From: Camelus ferus
Lineage: Eukaryota
Direction: 5' to 3'
NCBI RefSeq assembly: GCF_009834535.1
Contig: NC_045709.1
Coordinates: 35,154,001-35,218,000, forward strand
Length of the DNA: 64,000 nucleotides
Under the pieces are notes generated by a model. The model was not told where the DNA came from. It saw only the letters and a program-made list of their open reading frames with translations, and made no database searches. The translations under genes and the position numbers were made by a program. Shown one piece after another: positions 50,370-62,080 of the stretch. The stretch's first letter is position 1; each line of letters begins with the position of its first letter.

Positions 50370-53001
50370 ATAAGTTTATCTTTTAAAGAACTGTTCTACT
50401 GACCCCAAAAGATTTCTCTAAGTATTCATCACGAAATAAACGTCTGCTATTCTAACTAGTTCAGGTCTCATCACCCACTTTACTCCAGGAAGGAAACTGG
50501 AGAAGGCTTTTTAAAATACAGCTTTGAGTTTATATAAGTAGAAAATGTCTATTACACATATTACTCATCTGTCTCAACTAAAGCACCCTCTGTGTTATTC
50601 AGGTACCATGACTGTCACACAAAACACTGAATTACACAAGGGAGCTGCAAATTTGTTCTCTTATCAACATTAACGTCTCATATAAACATCCTACAAAATG
50701 CTTATCAAGCAACTGATAAGACAAACATGAATTAAGGGAGATATTTGGTCTTATTAGTCTTTCTATAAGGCTTTACAATTAATAACCCATTATTTAAATT
50801 AAAAAACATTACACAAAAATCACTGTAGATTTCTCAGGATACAGTAATATGGTAAATGAGGTGTTCTCTTTGAATTGAAAACCTTTCAGGAATTGAACAG
50901 TAGCAATTCCAATTAATATTTTAAAACTAATGCATCTAATTAAGGGACCACTTGGGAAAGGGAGATGCTTTTCAACTTCAGTGCTAGCAATAAATCAAAT
51001 TCCTCTCTCTGGTCTAATTTATGGCTGGAATAGAAGTGAATCTTTCCCAAGACTCAAACAAGTGCCGGCGGAGAGGCCTCTGTGCTCTCCTTTACGAGGT
51101 ACCAAATCTGGGGAAAAGCGCCCAGCCCCTCCCTCGCTCCCCACCACCCAGCTGTGAGTGGGCGGGCCCCGCTCTAAGGTGGCTTCACTGCCTGAGAGCA
51201 CATCCCCATCTACAGCCACCGGGCAGAAAAGCGACTTTTATTTGGCACTAAAATGTGTTCATATCACATTTTAGTACAACCTGAGCCTTGGCCAATCATT
51301 TTCTTTCAGCAAAATAATGAAACAGAACTTTGAGCCCTCACTAAGTTGCAGCAAGAGGCTCCTTGTCAGTGATGGCTCCGCCTCTAAGCGCCTACCTCAA
51401 GCCCAATTTACGTAAGAAATAGAGCCTTTTGTTCAGATGGGTGAAAAGGCAGCCCTCTCCAAACTCTTCAATGACGTGCAAGTGGTGGTTAAGGGCCTGG
51501 GCATCCAAGGACCACAAAACTCCCCAAGTGGACCTGCACTAGGATGGGAAGAAGCACCACAGCATCTGTGGGCGAGGCCAATATGCTACTTCTCCTGAAA
51601 GAACATCTGCAGGGAAAACCAACTGGCCAACAAACAATCAGCTAGAAAGGTGAGGTTACTCTATTTCCATCATAAATTCTGCACCCAATTCTACTCTCCT
51701 CTAAAAGTATGCAGAATTCTCTAGTATCTACATGAATATATTTAATTAATAAAAGGCCTCTCTGAAATTTTAATCAAGGTCAAATAGCCCCAAAGGAACC
51801 TGGTCACTGACATTCTTTTCAGGAGTTTGTTGATTAAAAAAAAAAAAAACAAAAAGATTCTAGAAACAAGATGTTGGTGGGGGAAAACTTGCTTCTTTTT
51901 TAATTATTTAGTAATAGGACTATAAGTTTTATGTACTTTAAAGAATGTTTATAATTACAATGAAATCCAACATGTGTGTGCAGGGGTGGGAGGGGAGTAA
52001 AAATTTAATACCCTTCTCAAAAAAGTCAACAGTGAAAGCAATTTTAGGTCCAGTTTTCATTACAAAGATAATAAGTGGTGGTTAATAGTGAGACCCTTTA
52101 TCAGGCTAGAAAAAAAGGGAATTGATTTTCTGAAAGGGCAATGGGCCATGCAAGTTACACAGATTCATCTTACTCAGTAGAACAGAACAATACGAGTCTC
52201 TTCGTGACTGATTTTTTTATTGTACAGAATGGAACAATGGATTGAGGGTGACACATATTCCATAATGCACTGAGTTTTCCTTTAAGGTGGCTGAAGAAAA
52301 TATTAAAACTAATAAATAAACATTTCAAAACCTCAAATCCTAGACTGGGAACCAACATATGTCAATATTAATTTTTGTGTCTTATCGTGCATTTGATTTT
52401 ATAACATTGTGTTAAACAGCACTGAAAACTACCACTCACCATCTCCAAGCTTGTGGAGAAACATCGCAGATCCTCATAGAAAAAGGAAAACTTTCATCCA
52501 TAAAATATAATGCACCTTTTTCCCACTGGTGAAAGAACAGTAGCATTGGCACAAAGACATAAAAGTCAAAACTGAGCAGTAAAAGTTTCTTTTTCACTTT
52601 CTTGGAGCGAACTGTCTAAAACCTAAACTCTTCCCATGGAAAATACACTTTAAAAAGACAGATGTAGAAGCTTTGACTTCTTAATAAAATTCACAGCAAC
52701 ATACAGATATTACAATCTGAATGTCTTCTCAAATACATTTCTGTAATTAAAAATAAAAAAACAAATAAAATAAAATCAGTATTTTACAAGCTTTCATGCA
52801 TTATAAAATATTCTTGAGGAGTGTTTTCTGTTACTATATGTTTCATTATTCTTACATCTTTGAAAGAAACAAACGAAATGCTATTATATACGCACATATA
52901 TTTTTTCCTAGGCATTTCCACTATCTCTGAGTAGGATATAAAGTCTACTTTGTAAATAAAACTGGACAACAACTTTTGAGAACAATTATGCTATCAATAT
53001 T

Positions 53002-53475
53002 TGAGACAGGAGGACATAACCATTAGAAAAATGACACAGCAATGGAGGATATGACAAACTGGTTAGAACCAACTCAGCCCAAGATGGCAGGAAATTTGAC
53101 TTTCAGTCGACCTTAAGCCTCATTATAGGCTCACTGTAATACATTAGCATGCTAAATGACACACCTACAGGTGCCAAGACAGTTCCCAGACTGACCGTAA
53201 AAGGCCAAAAAGTAGGTAGGGGCCCAATTCCTGGAAGTCTCTGCCCCTTCCCCAACATGGTTGGAATAATCCTCCCACTCATTGGCATATGAAATTACCC
53301 AGCCCATAATAATTAGCCCCTCCCCGCCACACACCCCTCATGGCCACTCTCCCTTCTGAGTGAGACGGACCACACTCTATGGAGTGTATCTCCCTGAATA
53401 AATCTACTTTCACTTTACCATGGCTTGCTCTTGAATTCTTTCCTGCATGAGATAAGAACCTATTCTCCGGCAACA
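53002..53475 (+). mobile_element. ERV1 solo LTR, MER41-like
   Basis: TGAGACA...ccggCAACA ends; cccaagatggc...cctcattat...acattagcatgctaaatgacac...gccaagacagtt; poly(A) signal AATAAA then ctttcactttacc...ctcttgaattctttcctgcatgag. Confidence 0.88.
53228..53236. promoter_or_regulatory. GAS/STAT motif TTCCTGGAA in the MER41-like LTR
   Basis: Exact TTC-N3-GAA match. Confidence 0.55.
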
Positions 53476-53767
53476 CACTGACCTTAGACTGAAGCAACAT
53501 ATATGTTTGATATATGTAGTATTATATACACACATACACATGGAACTTATGTTCACTAAGTCCAGATTTTTTAAAACCCCCTTTAACATGAAAAGTGGCC
53601 GCCTGTGAAGTTTCCCATTCAGCTAGCGAATGTTTAGTGTTATTCCAGGAAAACAAAAATCTAGAAAACTAGTTCCAGCACAGGTACTTGACACTGGTTC
53701 TCTATGTTGCCTTGGGGGAGGAGAGAACACAAAAAATATTTACGTATTAAAAAAATATGTTTCAACA

Positions 53768-54070
53768 GTCTCACAGACATAGAAAATAAACTATGGTTAC
53801 TGGGGAGGAAAAGGAGGTGTGGAGGGATAAATTAAGAGTTCAAGATTTACAGATCCTAACTACTATATATAAAATAGATAAACAAGGTCCTACTGTATAG
53901 CACAGGGAACTGTATTCAGTACCTTGTAAGAGCCCATAATAATAAAGAATATGGAAAGGAATATATATATGTATAGGTGTAACTGAATCACTATGCTGTA
54001 CACCAGAAACTAACACACTATTGTAAATCAACTATGCTTCAATTAAAGAGAGAGAAAGAGAGAAAGAAAG
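53768..54070 (+). mobile_element. 5'-truncated L1 3'UTR
   Basis: ctcacagacatagaaaataaactatggttact...tatagcacagggaact...gtaaatcaactatgcttcaattaaaa with an (AG)-rich tail. Confidence 0.92.
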
Positions 54071-55539
54071 ATGTTCCTTTAACAGATCTAAAACATAACT
54101 TTCAGAGTGGTCCAGGCAAAAAGCAGGTCATGTTTAACACAAAATGATTTTAAGCAGAGCCTGTCAATACCAGATGCACTGCTACATCTCTCACCTAAAA
54201 TAGGAAAATAAACAAGGTGTACAGCAAAGAACAGAACCAAGGCATGCATTTCAGGCCAAGCATATTAACCACGACCCTCACCCCAAAGAGGTTCCCTCCC
54301 ATTACATGCCATGTGCCTAGAGTCCAACCAGCATAATGTGCTGGCATACAAGGGCCTCACCCATGATCACTGCTCAACACTTCCATGCCAGGCAACCTCC
54401 AAAGTGTCCTTCTGGCCCACTGCTTTCCACCGTGTGCCCTCCCTGCAAGCACTCTGGGCTCCGTCCTGCCGGCACACACACCGAGGGCCCTGAAGTCTGC
54501 CCACTGGTCCAGGGCCTTTTTTTAGAACCTCACGTCAGGCTTATCTACGGCAGAAAGCCACCCTAACCCTCAACTCTTCACATCACCAGATTGTGCATTC
54601 CATCAGAGCTTATGAATTCAGCTTATCCCATTCTCGAGTCATTTATATTTGCCCACATTTTTACACCAGAACTATTCATCAGCTGTCACGTGTGTGTGTT
54701 GGATTAGAATCTTCACGGGGCAGGGATCTTGTCTTTTAATTTCATTCTACTGATTTATCTCCTGCCTTGCTATCTGGGACATTAGATTTGTATCTTGTAA
54801 CTTACCATAAGTCAAAGGAGAAAACTCAACACCTGACTTAAGAGGAATATTGAGTTTCCTGATGGTGCTAAGTTCTTTTCATTCTGCCCTAGCCCTGCCA
54901 TCCTAAAATCTTCACTACAGACAAGGAGGTACGTCCTAGAAAGTGTCACAAAAGCAACTTTCATTCTCTGGGGGAGTATCTGTCAGGATGGTGATTTTGT
55001 ATTTCACTAATTAAAATGATCATTCTCTGCTGGATGGGGAGATGTATTAACCCATAAGGAGGTATAATTCTCCATGAGGTTTAAAAGGTGGTCCATATCC
55101 CTGAACCATCTTTCCCAGACAGGAAATGGGTTTTCCCCCTAATGTAACAAAGACAAAGCATGCCTCCTCTGTTACCTGCTCTACAAATCCAAGCAGTATT
55201 GTAGAAATTGTGCAGGAGATGTTGGCAATGTTTGTGCATTTTCTATCCTGGTTTAGTAATAAATCTTTGATCAGGTAGAATATGATGAGATTTATGACCC
55301 TATGGTTCTAATTAAATCTCTTGCTTGGAAGCCTCTTTCTTTGTCTTAAGTCTTCATGCAAGTGACATTCAGATGGAGATCTTAACATCTTAGCAAACTC
55401 AGTTCTATGTGGCTACAAATGAAGTTTTTTTTTTTTTAAGAAAAAAATGTCATTGGATGGTTATGGTTAAGCCAACTTTTCTTTCTTTGGTTACACCATG
55501 AGTTAATCAATGATTTTTTTTTAAGGCTTTTGTGAAGCC

Positions 55540-55738
55540 ATTTCTATAAGATGTGTCAGAATAGGTAAATCTATAGAGACAGAAAGTGGGTTAGTGGTCA
55601 TAAGAGGCTGGGGGGAAGAGTGACTGCTAGTAGATATGAGATCCCTTTATGAAGTGGTGAAAATATTCAGAAATTGAGCGTGGTACATACATGAGTAAAT
55701 TGTACAGTTTGTGAATTATACTAAATAAAGCAGTTTAA
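55540..55738 (+). mobile_element. L1M 3' end
   Basis: agaataggtaaatctatagagacagaaagtgggttagtgg...gtgaattatactaaataaagc. Confidence 0.8.
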
Positions 55739-55750
55739 AGAAATGGGTCT

Positions 55751-55921
55751 GGGGAGGGGGCAGGTATAGCTCAGTGGCAGACTGTGTGCTTAGCGTGCAC
55801 AAGGTCCTGGGTTCAATCCCCAGTGCCTCCATGAAAAATAGTAAGTAAATAAATAGGTAAACTAAGTTATTCTCCCCTCCCAAAACAAGAAAGCTAGGAG
55901 AAAAAAAAACATAAAAAAAAA
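55751..55921 (+). mobile_element. Vic-1-like SINE, long form
   Basis: caggtatagctcagtggcagactgtgtgcttagcgtgcacaaggtcctgggttcaatccccagtgcctcc; degenerate TSD aaa(g/t)aaatggg(t/c)ct. Confidence 0.92.
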
Positions 55922-55934
55922 AAATAAATGGGCC

Positions 55935-56140
55935 TAGCTGGTTGGCAGGGCCTTGAGGGAGAGGGAACGAGGGGGGTTACTGTTCAACAGGTAGTTTCAG
56001 TTTGCAAGGTGACGACGTCCTGGAGCCCGGCTATAAGACATGACTATACCTACCACCACCACCCTGTACACTGAAAACTGGGCATGATGGTCAATTTTAT
56101 ACGATGCGTTTTTTTGTCCACAATTGGAAATTTTAAAAAT
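55935..56140 (+). mobile_element. L1M 3' end
   Basis: ggttactgttcaacaggtagtttcagtttgcaaggtg...ctgtacactgaaaa...tggtcaattttatacgatgcg. Confidence 0.75.
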
Positions 56141-56649
56141 TTTCAAAAGTTGGGGAGGGGAGGGCTGGAAAGACACCACACCTGACTCAAAGCTGCTGTG
56201 CCGTGCTCTGTCCTCCCACCTGGAGTGCAGGTAAGGCATTCACAGGCCGCCTTCCCCTTTCTCTCCAGAACTGGTTGAGCTCCCTTTACCACATCCTCGG
56301 GAGTTCTTTTATATTAGAAATATCAGGCATTATCAAAAGGTTACATACAAATTACTTTAGCAGAATTTCTCCTTGGACAGTGTCTCTCAGATCACTCATG
56401 GCTTTTCTAGGACTTTTCATTTCTATTAGAATATTACGCTGGATTCCACAGGGCCAACAGCCTGGGTAGTGCAACAAGGTTGAGATGCCTGTGAATGTGG
56501 CTCTGGGGGCCTGCACGGGGAACCACAGAAAGTTCTCATAAAACTGATGCCGAAATCGGAGGGGAGGGCATGTGAAGTCTTGAGCAGCTCCGCCGTATGG
56601 CTGAGCAAGCCTGTAGGTGGAGAACACAGACAGGGAGTAGGAGCTAAAC

Positions 56650-56775
56650 GCTAGGGTCCAGGTGACCCCATCCCCTGCCAGCTGTGTGGCCTTGAGCATG
56701 TGGCTTAACCTCTGGGCACCAGATCTTTCATGTCTGTAAAATGGGGATGATACTGGCACCTCCCTGAGAGCTTAG
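56650..56775 (+). mobile_element. MIR
   Basis: cagctgtgtggccttgagcatgtggcttaacctct...tctgtaaaatggggatgatactggcacc. Confidence 0.75.
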
Positions 56776-56860
56776 ACTAGTACCCGGCTCTGTGAGTTAC
56801 ACTGCTGCTGTTGCTTTTAAGCAGTAAGCAAATTTTAAAAAGATTATTCTGTTCATATAT

Positions 56861-57223
56861 TGTATTAGTCTGCTCAGGCTGCCACAACAAAATACCATAG
56901 ATGAAGGTNNNNNNNNNNNNNNNNNNNNNNNNNNNNNNNNNNNNNNNNNNNNNNNNNNNNNNNNNNNNNNNNNNNNNNNNNNNNNNNNNNNNNNNNNNNN
57001 NNNNNNNNNNNNNNNNNNNNNNNNNNNNNNNNNNNNNNNNNNNNNNNNNNGGGAGCTCTCTGGAGTCCCTTTCTCATAGGGACTTCTCACAGGGACACTA
57101 ATCCTCTAGGATCAGGCTTAGACCTCACTGAACCTTAATTACTTCCTTACTTCAAACACAGCCATGCTTGAGGGCGGGCGCTTCAACATAGGAATTTGTG
57201 GGCAGACAATTCAGCTCATAGTA
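56861..57223 (-). mobile_element. MaLR solo LTR (MLT1-like), interrupted by an N gap
   Basis: tgtattagtctgctcaggctgccacaacaaaataccatag...gcttcaacataggaatttgtggg...attcagctcatagta. Confidence 0.85.
56909..57050. other. Assembly gap (N run)
   Basis: Run of N inside the MLT1 LTR. Confidence 0.99.
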
Positions 57224-57634
57224 TAGATCAAGGATGATAAACAAGGCAGTCACAAAAATAGTCCTGTGTATGGTTATACGTATTAGACAACTTTATCTAG
57301 TTAAGAACATACACACACAAAATCCAACAATGTTAGTACAAAGATCTTCTAAAACCTATGTACCTGACTTACAAGGGTCTAAATCAGAATTTGTTCTTAC
57401 TTTACACAGGTTTCTAGCAATGTTTGCGATCTTTTTTCCCAAATAATAGATTAGAAATAGCAAATTAGAGGCTTCAAAAAAAAAAATGCTTCTAGGGCCA
57501 AGAACAAGAACAGTAACAAAAGGAAGAATTGGCAATCAGAAAAATTTTTTTCAAAAATTGATCCATCAACTGAAAATATCAGCACTGTAATATCATTCAT
57601 TTTTTGTTTATTCAGCACATGTTTAGGTACCTCT

Positions 57635-58040
57635 TTGGGGTTGAATTGTGTTCCCTCCCCAATTCATATCCTGAAGACCTAACCCCTAGGACCTTAGAAT
57701 GTGATCTTATTTAGCAACAGGGTAATTGCAAACATAGTGAGTCGGCTGGGCCACTAATCCAATACGACTGGTGCCCTTGTATAAAGGGGACATTTGGACA
57801 CGTGTGCACACACAGGGGGAAGGTCATGAGAAGACCGGAGTGATGCTGCCACAAAAGCCAAGGAACCACCAGAGGCTGAAGAGGGGCCTGGAACAGATCC
57901 TTCCCTGGAACCTTCCTAAGGAGCACAGCCCTGCTGACACCCTGATCTCGGACTTCCAACTTCCAGAACAGGGAGAAATAAATAAATTTCTATTGTTTAA
58001 GCCACCCAGCTTGTAGTACTGTGTTAAGTACCATGTTACA
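57635..58040 (+). mobile_element. MaLR solo LTR (MLT1C/D-like)
   Basis: gggttgaattgtgttccc...agaatgtgatcttattt...aatccaatacgactggtgccctt...agccctgctgacaccctgatctcggacttcc...tattgtttaagccaccca. Confidence 0.9.
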
Positions 58041-58190
58041 TCAGCTTTGGAAAATGAATACAGCACCGACGTTCCAAGCGTGGCCCCAAGAGGTGGGGTA
58101 CAACAGCAACCAAAACCAGACACGGTTCCACAGAGCCCAACCATTAGCAAAGAACATAAAACCTCAATCATTAAAAAAAATACACAATAG

Positions 58191-58311
58191 CACGGGGAGG
58201 ATACAGCTCAGTGGTAGAGCATGGGCTTAGCATGCATAGGGTCCCAGGTTCAATCCCCAGTACCTCCATTAAAAATAAATAAATAAACCTAACTACCTCC
58301 CCTTCCCCCAA
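58191..58311 (+). mobile_element. Vic-1-like SINE, long form
   Basis: ggggaggatacagctcagtggtagagcatgggcttagcatgcatagggtcccaggttcaatccccagtacctcc; degenerate TSD ta(c/t)acaatag. Confidence 0.93.
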
Positions 58312-60027
58312 AAAGATATACAATAGTGAAAAGTTCATTTGGGGGTGTTCTATAAACCAATGTGCTCTGCATACGGTCTCCAATACATGTTTCTTAACAC
58401 AGCCTCAGAACAATTCAGAATGATGAGATTACACTCAGAATCGTATGACCACTATTACAAAAAAGGAAGGTCACAGGGAAATAAATGATTATGTTAGAAA
58501 CCAATCAGTTATTACCATCAAAAGTTTTTAGACTGATATAGAATGCCTCATTCCAGGACCACGAATAAATGTAACTTCTCTCTAAACCACCAAACCTATC
58601 TCCCCTTCCCACTCTGAAACCAACACAAAAATCTATCTAGCAATGTTACTGCCATCAAAGTTAAGAGACACCTCAAAATGTTTGATCTATTTTTTATTAT
58701 TATTTAATGAGGAATATGGGAAGAAACCTGGTTAGCTATGTTTCTTTATCCTCTAAATAAAATAATATTTCTTTCGTTTGATATCATTAACGTTGAAAAG
58801 ATGTGACTAATCCTCGGCTTAAGAAAGGTACTATTACAAATCCAATGTTTTTTAAAAAACATTAAAGTAGAGAAGTTGGAAATGTTTCAGAGCATTTTGC
58901 TCATATATGGACAGATGAGCTCAGTGGAAATTCCCAGGTCAATTTTCTGTCTTCAAATGAGGCTGTTTTGTTACAGATACACTTTCAAAGAAATACTACA
59001 AAATCCTTGCTAATTGCCAATACTCATTTTCTTCCTTCTTTGTTCCCTAAAAACACTTCTAACTGAAAAGCAACTTATTTCAGGTTTAATCTTATGCAAA
59101 AAATACTCTGCTTGTGAACACTGTCACATGATTTCAGCAATAACTAATACAATTTCACTTCTTCAGGTTTCACTAAGTAATGCATTATTAAATATGTGAT
59201 GATTTCCCCCAGATGTTTAGAGTAGCATTTAATGAAACCAAAGCGATGGGTTTGTTCTTTGAGTATTTAAAAATATTTTAGATTTCAGCAAATGATTTTC
59301 TTACCAGCAAACTGGTATAGAAAGGAAAAAGTCAGAATATTAATAATGACTCTAATATATCTAATAGTACCTGTTTGAACTATTTTTTAAATTGAGCAGC
59401 CTCCTTTCCATCTACACATCCCAAAACAAGGAAGAAGAGTTAAACATTTGATTTTAAACATACTTGGCCTGTCTTTGTAGGTGTTACACTTAAGCATACT
59501 TAAATTGTTCTTGGGGTGGGGGAGGGGGAATGCAGAATTAGAAGATTCAGGCAATCTCAGGGAAAATTCAAGAACAGGAATGACACAATTTATTAAAAGA
59601 CAATATTACGTTTGATTTTGCCATTTTTAACTATATCCAATAAATCTAACTTAACAAAATGCTGATAAATAGAGGCACTGCCAAAAATCTACTTTTTATA
59701 GGCAAATAATATTGCTTAGGCCATTATTTTTGATGCAACCTTATTTACTCAGTTAATTTGCTTAGCATTTAGCAAATCTTTACTACACAATCCAAATGTA
59801 AACATTAGTGGATGCCTTGTCAGAATTACGACTTGCCAATTAGTGAAACTCCCAAGTAATGAGAGAAAATTGTAAACTGTGTGAGTATCAGTACTCCACC
59901 CATTCCTTTAAAAATGTTTTGAGCAATAATACATTGTGAAAGTTTTCAGTAAAGATAATGGCTGCAAATTTTAAGTTTGTACACATTTTTTAAATGAAAA
60001 TGAAAAACACATTCCTTACATCAATTT

Positions 60028-60212
60028 TCCAAGCTTGAGCCCACAGAAACACCTCCTAGAGAACTTCCGAAAACAGATTCCAGGGCCCCACCTATACAGA
60101 TTCTGATTCTGTGGGTCCTGGATGGAGCCCAAGAATCTGCATTTCTTTCTAACCAGCTCCTGGTGACACAGGTGCTGCTGATGCATGGACCACAGTTTGA
60201 GTATCACTGCCT
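60028..60212. mobile_element. MER5A hAT MITE
   Basis: cagattccagggccccacc...gattctgattctgtgggtc...aagaatctgcatttc...tggaccacagtttgagtatcactg. Confidence 0.85.
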
Positions 60213-60330
60213 TAGATGCTATATATGTTTCAGTGTGGTTCAACTGTCCAGGAGATTGAAAGCCAGGCTCTTTTGAAAAAAGTGGCACATTCTAGTAGAA
60301 AGAAGACTTGGATTATTTGGACTTGGACAG

Positions 60331-60775
60331 TGTAATCATTAATTTTATGTGTCAACGTGACCAGGCAATGGAGTGCCCAGACATTTGGCAAAACATTATT
60401 CTAGATATGCCTGTGAGGATGTTTTAAACAAGATTAATATTTAAACAGTTGACCAAGCAAAGCAGATTATTTTCCCCAATGTGGGTGGGCCTCACCCAAT
60501 CAGTTGAAGGCCAGAATTGAACAAAGTCTGACTCTCCCCCAAGGAGGTGGAAATTCCCCATACCTGACTGCCTGTGGACTGGGACATCAGCTTTTTTCCT
60601 GATGTCAGACTCAAACAGAAACACCAGCTCTTCCTAGGTACCAAGCCTGCTGGCCTTCAGACTAGGGCTTCTCCATCAGCTCTCCAGGGTCTCCAGTGTG
60701 TTAACACCCCTGCAGACCCTGGGACTTGTCACTCTCTCTTATTGTGTCACTCTCTCTATTGTGGGAGAACGCACT
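60331..60775 (+). mobile_element. ERVL solo LTR (MLT2-like)
   Basis: tgtaatcattaattttatgtgtcaacgtgacc...gcccagacatttggcaaaacattattct...atgtgggtgggcctcacccaatcagttgaaggcc. Confidence 0.88.
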
Positions 60776-61929
60776 GCAAATGGCAGCTTGAAACACCATT
60801 TTGACAGAAAAGCCTTAATATCTCCAGCACCAAATATGGAAATTATGGGAAAATAAATTCTAATATTCTCAGGAATAAATTCTAACACCTCAGATATTGA
60901 GGTCCATCAGTGTAAAGAATGCGTCCTTCTTTGAAGATCCAACAGTTAATTTACACACCTGTAAGAATAAAATGTGGGCAAACTCATAGTCCGCTTCAAA
61001 GAACAACTGTTTATTACTTCCTTGTTGTTGCTGCTTCCAAAGAAATGACCAATTTCACTTCCCAGCATCCTTCAAGACCAGCCACTCTGAACAAACCCTA
61101 TCACTGAAAACTACTAACCATACCAGATGTCATTTGTGACTGATCTTCTCAGGAACTGCACTGCTACTGGGCAGGAAGCAGAGGCCCAAAACGAAGAGAA
61201 CAGGGGAACCCCAAGAGCGGGCTGGCACCCCAAGAGCCCCCCAGGAGAAATGGGTCTGGAGCAGGACAGTCCTCACCCCACAGATAGAGGCACCATCACC
61301 AGCAGTCCCCAGACCCGCTGGCCTGTGTGTCTCTGCCCCAAAGGTTGAAAGATCTGAAGGCGGGCAGAGAGGAGGGGAGACGAGGACAAACAGGATCACA
61401 AGAGTCCCAACCCAGCCAGTCCCCTCAGAGGTGAGGGAAATTCACATTCAGATGAGGCTCCGAGTTCCAATGTGTCTGCCATGTCCGCCCAACACCCCCA
61501 TTTCAACATGGAGGCTGAGATCTCTAGATTCACATTGTCTACCACACCAGGGTGTTCTTAAAAGCCAAAGGGCTTAATTACTTAATGGCTATAAAAACAC
61601 TCTAAGACCCTAGGCTTAAGCTTTTCTGGATCCCCCCAACGCTAACTGCACAAGAGTTGCGCTCAGGCTGTTTTCAATTCCATGCCCTGACTTTGCCCAA
61701 AAGGGCTCCTCCTCTGCCCCAGACAGAAGGGTGCTGGCTACCCCTTGAGCTCTGCAGGCAAAGAGATGCCACAGCCTCTCTGGGCAGTGGGCCTGTCTGT
61801 CTCCATCATCATCTAGACATGTAGATAATCAAAGTGGACAGGATGCCTTTGAGTCCTCACCCCAACCCCAGCACCTACTCTCCTCAGCCTGAGCCTTGAA
61901 ACACGTTGTGCGCAATCACTCTTGCACCC

Positions 61930-62080
61930 TGGGTCTCACCCTTGGACCTGAGGGAGTCTCACCCTTGATCCTGGGGCGGGGGGGGGGGTCTTACCCTTGA
62001 TCCTCAGTGGGGAGTCTCACCCTGGACTTGGGGGATTTCACCCTTGGTCCTGGTGGGGGGGGCCCTCACCCTTGGACCTT
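61930..62080. repeat. Minisatellite: six degenerate units of TCTCACCCTTG(G/A)(A/T)CCT separated by G-rich spacers
   Basis: Cores at 61934, 61957, 61989, 62015, 62036 and 62064. Confidence 0.85.

Noticed and set aside
3695-58311. tRNA-like sequences with A and B boxes
   Set aside because: They are SINE heads with A-rich tails and TSDs and no complete cloverleaf, so not functional tRNA genes
60728-60893. Two local tandem duplications of about 18-22 bp (also near 5620 and 49290-49330)
   Set aside because: Ordinary replication-slippage duplications with no sign of function
61930-62080. Repeat-spacer pattern resembling a CRISPR array
   Set aside because: Eukaryotic context, degenerate repeats, short G-run spacers and no cas genes; it is a minisatellite
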